Assembly: GCA_002785215.1 (NCBI GenBank)
Contig: PFMK01000091.1
Span: 1-43,281 of the forward strand
Direction: 5' to 3'
DNA from: Candidatus Gottesmanbacteria bacterium CG_4_10_14_0_8_um_filter_37_24
Lineage (GTDB): Bacteria > Patescibacteriota > Microgenomatia > 2-02-FULL-39-11
Length of the DNA: 43,281 nucleotides
The notes under the pieces are model-generated. The model did no database searches. It saw only the letters and a list, made by a program, of their open reading frames with translations, and was not told the DNA's origin. Of the stretch, positions 10,382 to 19,872 are shown one piece after another; positions within the stretch are counted from its first letter, which is position 1, and each line of letters begins with the position of its first letter. A program made the translations under genes and the position numbers.

Positions 10382-10828
10382 TTATAACAGTTTATTTAAT
10401 TCTTTTTCGAAGTCCTCAACATCAACAAATCTTCTGAATACCGAAGCAAATCTGATATAGGCTACTTTATCTATCTTTTTTAATCTCCCGGCAATTAACT
10501 GACCGATTTTTTTACTTTCTATTTCTACTGAATCAAATCCCCGCATTTCTCTTTCCACTTCATCTGCAATTGTCTCAATATCTTCAATACCAACCATCGT
10601 TTTTTCGCAAGCCTTTAGCATACCGTGTTTTAATTTATCTCTATCAAACTGTTCTTTTTTTCCATCCTTTTTGATTACTATGAGCGGAACGTTTTCTATT
10701 CTCTCGTAAGTCGTAAATCTCTTATTACAAATACTGCATTCTCTTCTTCTTCTGGTGGTTCCTAAATCTTCACTGTCGCGTGTTTCTACTACTTCTGTGT
10801 CTTTATGGTTGCAATATGGGCATTTCAT
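10382..10828 (-). CDS. nrdR: Transcriptional repressor NrdR
   Basis: MKCPYC, RRRREC, RFTTYE, ATP cone, VAYIRFASV. Confidence 0.97.
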   Translation of the reverse strand: MKCPYCNHKDTEVVETRDSEDLGTTRRRRECSICNKRFTTYERIENVPLIVIKKDGKKEQFDRDKLKHGMLKACEKTMVGIEDIETIADEVEREMRGFDSVEIESKKIGQLIAGRLKKIDKVAYIRFASVFRRFVDVEDFEKELNKLL

Positions 10829-10906
10829 CTTTTTTTGATAATTGTCGAATATTAGATTATTAAAATTTTGGCCATAAAAAACACGCTTAGGTGTGAAAAC
10901 ATAAAA

Positions 10907-10956
10907 GCGCTATCTATAGTGTCCGATGAAATATTAAGACACTACATATCTTGTGT
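10907..10956. promoter_or_regulatory. Tandem NrdR boxes
   Basis: GCGCTATCTATAGTGT (10907-10922) and ACACTACATATCTTGTGT (10939-10956) resemble acaCwAtATaTwGtgt; starts about 32 bp apart, upstream of nrdR-nrdJ. Confidence 0.8.
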
Positions 10957-11109
10957 CAAGATATCAAAATGTAACATTGCATAGCAGTTTTTTTTATAGC
11001 CTCGACTATTTGATTCGACATAAGAAAAATTTTATTTTGGGATTTGAAATTATCAAAATTGTTCATTAATACGGGATATGAAATAAAAAGTGATCAATTG
11101 AGTAATTAT

Positions 11110-11664
11110 TTACTTTATTGTGGTGATTTGTTGACTTGCCTGATGATTGATACTTAAGACGTTATTTAGCTTATTTAACATACCACTCTCTGAAGTAGTC
11201 GTGAGAATATTTTTAATAACCTCTTCATGCTTTTTGGCAGCAAGTTTAATCTTGTCTGTGAACCCGGGAGGTAAGGTTTCTCCATTTTGATTTTTCAGAA
11301 GAACTAATATTGAATTGAGTAAATGACTTTCTCCCTTTTCTAAAGATTTTACGCTCTCATCATAGTTCTTACTCTCCCATAACATTTGACCCATAACCAA
11401 ACTTTTATCTGATAACAGTAGATATAGATTTGACTTCTCATTTGTCTTCCTTGTGATTATGATAAGTATCTTGTCGCGTAACTCTTTCAGGAAAAATAAA
11501 GGATGATTCGGAAGAATCCCCGGGTAAGGCAGAACATACACAATCGTCGGAACTGGGATTGAGGACATGTTATCTGGTTTTTGCGCTTCCTGGGCATTGA
11601 CTGCCTCCTGAAACAAAATTAAGGAAAATAAGATTAATAATATGAAAGTTAATACATGCTTCAT
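11110..11664 (-). CDS. DUF5667-like secreted or anchored protein
   Basis: Signal peptide; Y-x-LPYPGILPNHPLFFLKELRD motif. Confidence 0.7.
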   Translation of the reverse strand: MKHVLTFILLILFSLILFQEAVNAQEAQKPDNMSSIPVPTIVYVLPYPGILPNHPLFFLKELRDKILIIITRKTNEKSNLYLLLSDKSLVMGQMLWESKNYDESVKSLEKGESHLLNSILVLLKNQNGETLPPGFTDKIKLAAKKHEEVIKNILTTTSESGMLNKLNNVLSINHQASQQITTIK

Positions 11665-11851
11665 GGGAATTTCAGATATCCTTATTATATACCATTTGCT
11701 CCTTCAGATAAAATTTATCAATCTGGCTGTATACTTCTCTACTGGAAGTCCACTTGCTTTCAAAATACAATAAGAAGGGTATATCTAGCATATAGTTACT
11801 AATCTGAAGGCTTGTTAGTATTTCTTTCAACAATATAATAGAGATATTAAT

Positions 11852-13450
11852 ATGAATAATGAAGAATTATTGGATGTCTCAATTAGCGACCTTACGGTCG
11901 ATTTGGAAGAAAGGCTTTCCATTTTAAAGAATAATCTTGCTTTATTAAATCAATTTTCTTCAAAATTGAACCTGCTTAAGATACAGCTCCTACAGAAATC
12001 TTATAAAGATGTGGATCGGAATATCAAATTTCTGAAAGAAAAATATTCAGAATCTCTTACGATATACAAGCAATTTCATAAGACAATCGAAGGAAGAAAT
12101 AATAAATTGTTTCTCATAAACAGTCTGAGAAATAAAAAAAGAGAATTGTCGGAATTTATAAGAACCCATCAAAGCATCCTTGGATCCCTTCTCACCTCTG
12201 CAGATTGGCAATCCCCTTCTTATAGCTACTCAATATATCCTTTGTCCGGGACTCAGGAAGGAAAAATACTTGGTACAATCAATGACTATAAAAGAGATGT
12301 TCATCTAGATGAAGAAGACTTCGAAAATAATTTCGTGAAGGAGTATGTTGACCGTCGTGCAGATCAAAAGATCCAAGCTTTATTGACAAACAGCGGTATG
12401 GCCGCCTTCACAACTATATTGAACTTTCTTCTGTCAGAAAAAAAGACAGAAGGTACGATTCTGATCGGAAAATCCGTCTATTTTCAATATAAACAAATAA
12501 TAAGCAAAAGCTTTTATAGGAGCGTCATTGAGATTAGTGAAGTGGATACTGATAGACTCATCAAAACAATCTTCACCCGAAAGCCTAAGGTGGTCTATAT
12601 CGATTCCCTTTCTAACTCTATAGACATACCTGTGCCCGATCTGAAATGGATTTTCGAAAGTGTGGTAAAAAGCTATAAAGAAGAAATCTATTTTATTATT
12701 GATAACACCTGTCTTTCGAAAACATGTCAACCATATAAATTAATACCACATCACTGTAATAATCTACATCTCATTATTTTCGAAAGCCTGATGAAGTATG
12801 TACACCTAGGTCTGGATAAAATAACAGCAGGAATTATACTTTCAAAAGGGCAGGACTCATCAAAAATATTTGAATACAGAAAACATTCCGGCACTAATAT
12901 TCTCGACAGTTCAGTATATGTGATACCAAGACCAAACCGCCTGATTCTCTCAAAAAGGCTTGACAGATTCCAAAGAAATGCTTTTTTTCTGGCCACTAGT
13001 CTGCAGGAATTCGTCGATAATAATGAAAATTGTCCTCTAAAAAAGATCATCTATCCCGGCCTTTCGAACCATCCATCCTACCCATGGTCTCGAAAAATGA
13101 GCTTTCAAGGTAGTTTCGTAAACCTATTATTTCGTGAAGAGTTTGACAGTATCAGTCAGCATAAAAAATTTATTGACCAGGCGATCAAAGAGGCAAAAAA
13201 AAGAAATGTGGAACTTGTAGCCGGTACCAGTTTTGGTTTGGATATTACCAGGATTTATCTTACCTCTCTATGGACAGATTTTGGAAGGCCTTTCATAAGA
13301 ATTGCCGTCGGGACTGAGGACATGATGATGATGGGTGAAATTGCCCATGTGATAATAAGTACTTTGTCACACTTCAGAAGTATCGTTCCCTCTTCAGTTC
13401 TAAGGACTATAAACAGAACAAAAAAAAGAACAGGCCTAAAATATCTATAA
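11852..13450 (+). CDS. PLP-dependent Cys/Met-metabolism-like enzyme with N-terminal helical extension
   Basis: NSGMAAF, IIDNT, FESLMKY (PLP lysine), YPGLSNHP, GTSFG, IRIAVGTE. Confidence 0.8.
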   Translation: MNNEELLDVSISDLTVDLEERLSILKNNLALLNQFSSKLNLLKIQLLQKSYKDVDRNIKFLKEKYSESLTIYKQFHKTIEGRNNKLFLINSLRNKKRELSEFIRTHQSILGSLLTSADWQSPSYSYSIYPLSGTQEGKILGTINDYKRDVHLDEEDFENNFVKEYVDRRADQKIQALLTNSGMAAFTTILNFLLSEKKTEGTILIGKSVYFQYKQIISKSFYRSVIEISEVDTDRLIKTIFTRKPKVVYIDSLSNSIDIPVPDLKWIFESVVKSYKEEIYFIIDNTCLSKTCQPYKLIPHHCNNLHLIIFESLMKYVHLGLDKITAGIILSKGQDSSKIFEYRKHSGTNILDSSVYVIPRPNRLILSKRLDRFQRNAFFLATSLQEFVDNNENCPLKKIIYPGLSNHPSYPWSRKMSFQGSFVNLLFREEFDSISQHKKFIDQAIKEAKKRNVELVAGTSFGLDITRIYLTSLWTDFGRPFIRIAVGTEDMMMMGEIAHVIISTLSHFRSIVPSSVLRTINRTKKRTGLKYL

Positions 13451-14413
13451 TTTCCCACCCATGTCCTTCAACTCTAATCCTTCGTATCCTATACAAAAAA
13501 GCGTCTCATTTTCTCTGCATATCATCCCATATTTACTCCATAAATACTCGCCATCTACCGTCGAAACAACGTCTTTCAAATGATCTCCTGCTAGGGATCG
13601 GATTTCCCCTATTTTTTGATTTTTGAAAATATTTTTATTTTTTATCTCCGCTGGGATCCATATACCTGCCCTATCAGTGCGATACTCCACAATTTTTCTA
13701 TATACTTTGGAATGAATATTTTTGTTTTTTCTTATTCCAATCATTCCGAGTACTCCCATTATCCTTTTTGTCCACTCCAAGTGTTTGCTTATTGATGCTT
13801 TATCTCTCCTGCCCAAACAGCCTGCTTCTGCCATAACGTAACCAATATTTTGCCCTGCCAGGATTTCAGCTTTTTGACAAATATTTTTTTTCAGGAAAAC
13901 TATTTTTTTTGCGGAGGTCGCCATGATAAGCGATTTCATAAGGATATTCAGCTTTTCATTTCCCGTTTCGTAAAAAAAAATGAACGGATCCAGCTTTTCA
14001 TCTGTCGCGCCTCCGTGAAGATCAAGCCAAAAATCCGCATTTTTTATATAATTTGTATCCAGCCAGTAAATCAATCTTTCCGTAGGACTGCCTTTTATAT
14101 TTCCAGGATAAATATGCTTCGGATACTTGTTATCCAGCGGATTGACGCCTGATCTATTTTCAAAACCGGGAATATTTAGTACAGGGAAAATAATTAGTCT
14201 TCCCCGAAATTTATTATTTTTATATAGTTCTATCAGTCTGTATGCCGCTTCAATACCGGCATACTCATCACCATCTGACCCTGCTGTAATAATAAGAGTA
14301 CGTCCTGGTTTTTCACCCGTGATCATAGCAACTGGAATTCTCACTTTCCTGACCCCCAAATCAGCGGCGGCGAGGATAATCCGATGATTATTTGTTTTTA
14401 ATGAATCAGACAT
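13445..14413 (-). CDS. Succinylglutamate desuccinylase/aspartoacylase (M14) family protein
   Basis: G-x-DGDE-x-G, PVLN, LDLHGG, AEAG, C-terminal barrel-sandwich-like region. Confidence 0.8.
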   Translation of the reverse strand: MSDSLKTNNHRIILAAADLGVRKVRIPVAMITGEKPGRTLIITAGSDGDEYAGIEAAYRLIELYKNNKFRGRLIIFPVLNIPGFENRSGVNPLDNKYPKHIYPGNIKGSPTERLIYWLDTNYIKNADFWLDLHGGATDEKLDPFIFFYETGNEKLNILMKSLIMATSAKKIVFLKKNICQKAEILAGQNIGYVMAEAGCLGRRDKASISKHLEWTKRIMGVLGMIGIRKNKNIHSKVYRKIVEYRTDRAGIWIPAEIKNKNIFKNQKIGEIRSLAGDHLKDVVSTVDGEYLWSKYGMICRENETLFCIGYEGLELKDMGGKL

Positions 14414-14491
14414 CGTAATGAAGGTTATATCTAAGTTTCATAAATGTATATACTGGAACACACTTAAGTTGTTTTGGTATATTTGAAGAAA

Positions 14492-15283
14492 TTATGACAG
14501 AATATTGGTCAAAAGAAAAATAATCAGGGAAATAACTACAATTGTACCCCCGCTTGCCAGATCAAAATAATAGGAGGTAAATAATCCTATTGTCACGGCA
14601 AGTATAGAAAAAACAACGGATAATATCAGTGTCAGCATAAAACTTCTTCTAAACTGGAAAGCGGTAAGAACCGGGATCACCATCAGAGCACCGATAAGAA
14701 GTATACCTACTACCCTCATCGATAAGGTGATTGTTATCCCTGCCAAAACTACCAGGATAGTATTAAGAAGATTTACCGGAATTCCACTGGCTCTGGCTAG
14801 CTCCTCATCTAAAGAAATCAGAAAAAAACCTTTATACAATAAGCCTATTGAGGTAAGCACCAAAAGTCCAAGCCCTAATATAAATAATAAATCCAAAGAG
14901 GACACTGTGGAGATGCTGCCAAATAAGTAACTTCCAATATTGACGTTTATTCCTTTGACAATAGAGAATATAACTACAGCCAACGCCAGACTACCGGAAA
15001 GAAAAAGAGCTAGTACAGATTCACCCATAATTTTTTTGGATGCTCTTAGTTTCTCTATTCCAACTGCTGCTAAAATAGACACGATTATAGCCGTAAAGAA
15101 AGGATAGATTTTCGTCAGAAATCCTATCGCAGTACCCAGAAGCGATACATGAGCCAGGGTATCTGCCATTAAAGAATAACGCCTTACCACGAGGAAAATA
15201 CCAATAAGCGGCGCGATAACAGCAATCATCAGACCTGCCATGAAAGCTCGGATCATGAAATCATATTGAAAAATTTCCAGCAT
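14492..15283 (-). CDS. znuB: Zn/Mn ABC transporter permease
   Basis: DTLAHVSLLG, YLFGSI, VVGILLIGALMVIP. Confidence 0.9.
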   Translation of the reverse strand: MLEIFQYDFMIRAFMAGLMIAVIAPLIGIFLVVRRYSLMADTLAHVSLLGTAIGFLTKIYPFFTAIIVSILAAVGIEKLRASKKIMGESVLALFLSGSLALAVVIFSIVKGINVNIGSYLFGSISTVSSLDLLFILGLGLLVLTSIGLLYKGFFLISLDEELARASGIPVNLLNTILVVLAGITITLSMRVVGILLIGALMVIPVLTAFQFRRSFMLTLILSVVFSILAVTIGLFTSYYFDLASGGTIVVISLIIFLLTNILS

Positions 15284-15284
15284 A

Positions 15285-16037
15285 TTATTTATGAATTACT
15301 TTTTTCATGTTGTCTCCATATAGCTCTTCAAGATATGAACCTTTATCGAGTTCTTTTGAAAGCGTATGGCAGACAAGCTTGCGGTTTAAACAAAGTACAT
15401 ATTTTGCCTTTTGGGAAATCGCGTCAATATCATGCGAAACAAAAATAATTGTTAGACCAAAGTCACGGTTCAGATATTCCAATAAATTGAAAAAATTGTC
15501 CTTTGCTGTCATATCAACTCCCATTGTCGGCTCGTCAAGTATGAGAATTTTTGGTTCCCCGGCAAGAGCGCGTGCTATAAATACGCGCTGTCTCTCACCT
15601 CCGGAAAGGTCGGAAAGCAAACGGTCTTTAAGATTGTCAATCTTTGAAATAACCATTACTTCTCTTATTTTATTTATATCTTTCTTCTCTAATCTCTTTA
15701 AAATACCTACTTTTGCAAATCTGCCGCTTGCTACCACTTCCCATACTGTTACCGGAAACTGAGTATCTATTTGGGCAATCTTTTGGGGAACGTAACCCAC
15801 CTCGTATTTTCTCTTATATAACTTACTATTTTGCCCGAATATTTTTATTTCTCCCGAAGTCGGGGCAGTCAGTCCGAGAATAACCTTAAGTAGAGTTGTT
15901 TTTCCTGCTCCGTTTGGACCGATTAAAGCCACATAATCGCCCTGATTTATGGAAAAACTGATATTTTCCAAAACTGTCTGGTTTTGATATTTGACTTCTA
16001 TGTTTTTTACTTCTATGGCTTTTATTGCTTGTTTCAT
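15285..16037 (-). CDS. znuC: Zn/Mn ABC transporter ATPase
   Basis: GPNGAGKT, GYVPQ, LSGGERQR, LDEPT, VSHD. Confidence 0.9.
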   Translation of the reverse strand: MKQAIKAIEVKNIEVKYQNQTVLENISFSINQGDYVALIGPNGAGKTTLLKVILGLTAPTSGEIKIFGQNSKLYKRKYEVGYVPQKIAQIDTQFPVTVWEVVASGRFAKVGILKRLEKKDINKIREVMVISKIDNLKDRLLSDLSGGERQRVFIARALAGEPKILILDEPTMGVDMTAKDNFFNLLEYLNRDFGLTIIFVSHDIDAISQKAKYVLCLNRKLVCHTLSKELDKGSYLEELYGDNMKKVIHK

Positions 16038-16942
16038 TTGCAGGAAAGGGCAAGTTTTAGATTAATAATATTATCTTCCATAAGGGAAATGTAATCCTTG
16101 TTTTGGGCAATTTCTTCACTGGTCAAACTCTCAACCGGGTTCAAAACCAGCGTCTTGGCTCCCACTTCTTTAGCCAAAGTCTCCGATAATTTTGGACTCA
16201 CCAGAGTCTCAAAGAAAATATATTTGATATTTTTCTCCTTGGCTAATTTTGCTGTTTCACCAATACTTCTCGGCGAAGGTTCCTGATCAGGTGAGATACC
16301 CGCAATAGACAGCGTCTGGAAATTATATCTTTTTGATAAGTACGAAAAAGCATTATGAGATACGATTATCTCATTTCTACTGCAGTCTCCCAACCCAACT
16401 ATCATCTCTTTATTTAGAATATCCAGTTTACTAATGTACTCATGGCTCTTTTCCTGATAGTAGTTTTCGTTACTTTTATCAATTTTTATTAATGCCTCAG
16501 AAATCAACTCCATCTCTCTTTTGGCGTTGACAGGATCGACCCAAACATGAGGATCGGTAACAGTCTTGTCCTTATCTGTCTTCAGAAGATCAAAATAATC
16601 AGACATTTTTAATATAACAACTCCTTTACCTTCTAAATCGTCAACGATTTTATCAGCCCAAGGTTCAAAACCGGCTCCGTTATAAATAAAGAGGTTTGAA
16701 TTATAAATTCTACCTATATCTGAAGGACTTGGTTCAAAGTCATGCGGCTCAATTCCCATAGGCAGTATTTGTACCACATCGATTTTATTACCGCCTGCCT
16801 GCTCGGCAAAATGAGCCAAAGGATAGAAACTCGCACTCACTCTTATTTTCCCTTTAACATTTTCCCTATTTGATTTTCCTGTAAGTAATAATACCCCAGC
16901 TATACCTACCAATATCACTAGAAATAAAATTAACTTCTTCAT
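16034..16942 (-). CDS. znuA: Zn/Mn ABC transporter substrate-binding protein
   Basis: EPHDFEP, DPHVW, HNAFSYL, IFFE motifs. Confidence 0.9.
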   Translation of the reverse strand: MKKLILFLVILVGIAGVLLLTGKSNRENVKGKIRVSASFYPLAHFAEQAGGNKIDVVQILPMGIEPHDFEPSPSDIGRIYNSNLFIYNGAGFEPWADKIVDDLEGKGVVILKMSDYFDLLKTDKDKTVTDPHVWVDPVNAKREMELISEALIKIDKSNENYYQEKSHEYISKLDILNKEMIVGLGDCSRNEIIVSHNAFSYLSKRYNFQTLSIAGISPDQEPSPRSIGETAKLAKEKNIKYIFFETLVSPKLSETLAKEVGAKTLVLNPVESLTSEEIAQNKDYISLMEDNIINLKLALSCK

Positions 16943-16959
16943 ATTTTTATAAGCTATTT

Positions 16960-17049
16960 ACCCCAGTACCAGACAAGTTTAACTTGTCGGTACAGGGTTT
17001 CGCCTCTTTATATCAGGAAGTCCCGTGCTTTCAGCCCGGGAAGGCTCAC
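16960..17049. repeat. Composite palindromic element: GTAC REP-like hairpin plus IS200/IS605-end-like hairpin
   Basis: GTACC-AGACAAGTT-T-AACTTGTC-GGTAC hairpin; GAAGTCCCGTGCTTTCAGCCCGGGAAGGCTCAC at 17017-17049. Confidence 0.55.
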
Positions 17050-17476
17050 ATTTATTACAGATGCCAATAAATTCCAATGAATGTTCGATTATATGAAATT
17101 CATTCTCTTTTATGATATTTTCTTCGAGCTGATTGACAGTTTTTTCCAATGCGCTGGAGACAACCGGAGTAATTTTGTTGCACATCTGACAGACTGCATG
17201 ATGATGGTGATTGTCCTTAAGCTGAATCTCGTAACGCATTTTCCCGTCTTTGAACTGAATTTCCTTGACGATCCTTTCTTTGACTAATGTGTTTATTTCC
17301 CGGTAAACGGTGGTTTTATTTACAATCATCCCCTTTTTTATTAAGAGTCGATTAAGTTCAAAAACGTCAACCGGTTGCCCTGCTATTAACAAGAGATTTA
17401 TGATAATTTTTCTTGCATTGGTAAGCCTGTAGCCTTTTGACTTTAGGTTCTTCAAAATCATTTGTATATTATTCAT
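16979..17476 (-). CDS. Fur-family regulator, probably Zur; start reassigned to MNNIQ at 17476
   Basis: RLTNAR, TTVYR, HHHHAVCQMC, GICNKC; directly upstream of znuACB. Confidence 0.88.
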   Translation of the reverse strand: MNNIQMILKNLKSKGYRLTNARKIIINLLLIAGQPVDVFELNRLLIKKGMIVNKTTVYREINTLVKERIVKEIQFKDGKMRYEIQLKDNHHHHAVCQMCNKITPVVSSALEKTVNQLEENIIKENEFHIIEHSLEFIGICNKCEPSRAESTGLPDIKRRNPVPTS

Positions 17477-17552
17477 TAAGCATATTTTAATGCAACTAAG
17501 TTGCAATTGCAAGAAATGATAATTCCTCGACAGGTTGACGGGGGTATCAGTC

Positions 17553-17664
17553 GTCATTCCGAGCGTAACAAAGTGAAGTCGAGAAATCCTCCAACACTCA
17601 GATCGTGGAAGATCCCTCCACGCGCTTCGGAACGTCTAACGTTCCTTCGCTTGGTCGGGATGAC
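17553..17664. repeat. REP-like long imperfect palindrome
   Basis: GTCATTCCGAGC...GGTCGGGATGAC termini with internal GGAACG-TCTAA-CGTTCC hairpin. Confidence 0.7.
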
Positions 17665-17754
17665 TTTCTTAAGTAGCACGCTGTGAGGAATTACTACTCT
17701 GCGGTATCCTTGAAATTAATATTAATCTGCTGATAAAAAAAGAGGTAGAGCTGA

Positions 17755-19302
17755 TTATTCAAAGACCTGCGCTTCGAAAGTATAAAGCTTAGTATCTTTG
17801 TCTTTGTAACAATCCGATGGCAATCCCGCCTTTTGGCTGCATAACTGACCTAAGAATTCTTCCAAAGACCAACCTGACTCTGCAGCAACTTGAGGCAGGA
17901 AAGTACCTGAACGGTTATCTTTCGCAAGCACCACCCCTTCCCTGCCCAGTTTGATCCTGGTCCAGTCCGAGATGCTTTTCTTAGGGGTTAAAACTGATAT
18001 CTCAATTTTTATGTCCTTAAGCTCGCTTTTCTCCACAGGTAAAAAACGTCTATCCTCGCTGGCTGCAGCAATTGTCATCTCCTGTATAACCTGGTATAGC
18101 GGTATATTTGGCTCAAATCTTCCAACGCAACCCCTAAGATTTCCATCTTTACGCAAAGTTACAAAAGCGCCTGACTTTGTAAACAATGCCCCGTTTATCG
18201 GCTTTATTTGGCTCTTCTTTTTATTTTGCACGAATTCATCTAAAGTATTTCGAGCAATTGAAAGCGCCTCTTTTTGGGCCGCATCATCCAGAAACCGGGT
18301 GCTGACAATTTCATCCTGGGTCCAAAATCCTATGGACGCGTAACCAACGACTCTTGTATTGTCTCCTGTGATGTCTCCGGAATTTTGATATTTTATTTTC
18401 CCAATATTGCGGATTTCCAATAAATTTGCCACTTTCAATCCTACTCTGACTGCCCGGAAACCACAGGCAGCGGTTTCTACATTCTGATAATTGCCGCTTT
18501 CAATCCCTGTTATCACTTCCATGAAATTCTTTTCATTGCCGCTCAAAATCGACTTAATGGTTTTTTGATCAACCACGTTTGCCGTTGTACTTGTAGGATA
18601 ATGAGAAAGATCGGTACTCACCACAAGCAGAGTGTCACTATCAATATTCTCAGAGATTTTTTGAGCCAGTCTGTCCAGCGTCTTTTCATCTGTCTCGCCT
18701 ACAAGTATCGGTACAATCTTAAAATCTTTCAAAACTTTTTGAAGAAAAATAAGTTCCACTTCCAGGGAATGTTCTCCCTCGTGAGAAGAGGAATCACTTA
18801 AAATGTTACTTTCTTTTTCAATAATATTGTCAGCTAATGCTTCATCCACTTCCACTTTACCAAGAGGTGTTTCCCATACGCCCTTAGGATAAACAGCTAT
18901 ATGTTCAATATATGATCTGTGGGGAGCACCGATTATTATCACTCTCTTATATGATTTATTTTCAATTTGCCGGAAACCCCAGGCTGCTACGCTTCCCGAA
19001 TAATCAATACCGGCATGCGGGACAATTAAAACTGTTAATCTGCCTTTTTCGTTAATAAGGCCAGTTTGACTTAGAAGTAAGGTCAATTGGTCATCCAGAA
19101 TTTTTTTGTCAGAGGGATAAAAACTGCCTGCTACAGCTGCCTGGCGCAATAATCTGCTTTCATTTCCAGTGATTTGCTTACTGTTCTCTACCTTGTTTCC
19201 TCCTGTTTTTATGATAATCATAACTGAAAATATTATTCCGGTTATTATGATAAACCACAGAACATAGTAACTTATGAACCTCATATCCTTATATACGATC
19301 AT
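17755..19302 (-). CDS. AmmeMemoRadiSam protein B (MEMO1-like) fused to protein A (AMMECR1-like), with N-terminal TM helix
   Basis: AVAGSFYP, VPHAG, EHSLEV, STDLSHY, ACG, VVGY; then GAFVTL, LRGCVG, EISVLT, TFLPQVA. Confidence 0.92.
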   Translation of the reverse strand: MIVYKDMRFISYYVLWFIIITGIIFSVMIIIKTGGNKVENSKQITGNESRLLRQAAVAGSFYPSDKKILDDQLTLLLSQTGLINEKGRLTVLIVPHAGIDYSGSVAAWGFRQIENKSYKRVIIIGAPHRSYIEHIAVYPKGVWETPLGKVEVDEALADNIIEKESNILSDSSSHEGEHSLEVELIFLQKVLKDFKIVPILVGETDEKTLDRLAQKISENIDSDTLLVVSTDLSHYPTSTTANVVDQKTIKSILSGNEKNFMEVITGIESGNYQNVETAACGFRAVRVGLKVANLLEIRNIGKIKYQNSGDITGDNTRVVGYASIGFWTQDEIVSTRFLDDAAQKEALSIARNTLDEFVQNKKKSQIKPINGALFTKSGAFVTLRKDGNLRGCVGRFEPNIPLYQVIQEMTIAAASEDRRFLPVEKSELKDIKIEISVLTPKKSISDWTRIKLGREGVVLAKDNRSGTFLPQVAAESGWSLEEFLGQLCSQKAGLPSDCYKDKDTKLYTFEAQVFE

Positions 19303-19434
19303 TTTAACACTGTCAAAGCATATCCGCCCTCAGCTCTGCTAAAAAGATATTGAATTAGTAATTGTAATCAGGACCTATATTATACTAGAATCAAATAAGA
19401 ACACTTTCAGAAAATAAAGGAGAGGAGGTGAAAT

Positions 19435-19713
19435 ATGCAATCGGATCTTCCTAAAGGACCATTCTGTCAAAGTTGCGGTATGCCTATGGAAAAAGCGGAT
19501 GACTTCGGTACGCTTGTTAACGGAACCAGAATAAACGATTATTGCCATTTTTGTTTCACCAACGGCCTGTTTATCGAACCGGAGATCACCTTAGCACAGA
19601 TGATCAGTAAAGTATCAGGTATCATGTCAATACACATGAATATACCTGAAGAAGATGCAAGACTACAAGCTGAGTCTCTAATACCCACTCTTAAAAGGTG
19701 GAAAACCGAATAA
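19435..19713 (+). CDS. Putative zinc-ribbon domain protein
   Basis: FCQSCGMPM, DYCHFCF, IPTLKRWK; strong GGAGGTG RBS. Confidence 0.85.
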   Translation: MQSDLPKGPFCQSCGMPMEKADDFGTLVNGTRINDYCHFCFTNGLFIEPEITLAQMISKVSGIMSIHMNIPEEDARLQAESLIPTLKRWKTE

Positions 19714-19872
19714 ATAGTATCATAGAAAAATTCAAAACACCTTTTACTCCTTATTCTCTAGTCTGACTATCTTATTTTCGTAATAAAAAAGTACCTCCTG
19801 GATATGTTTTTAAGTCCAAAACTAAAATATAACGAGTATGATAATATTTACATAACTAATATTTCAGCATTT

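Noticed and set aside
17477..17557. N-terminal extension of the Fur-family ORF
   Set aside because: It starts inside a palindromic repeat; the Fur-like sequence begins at MNNIQ.
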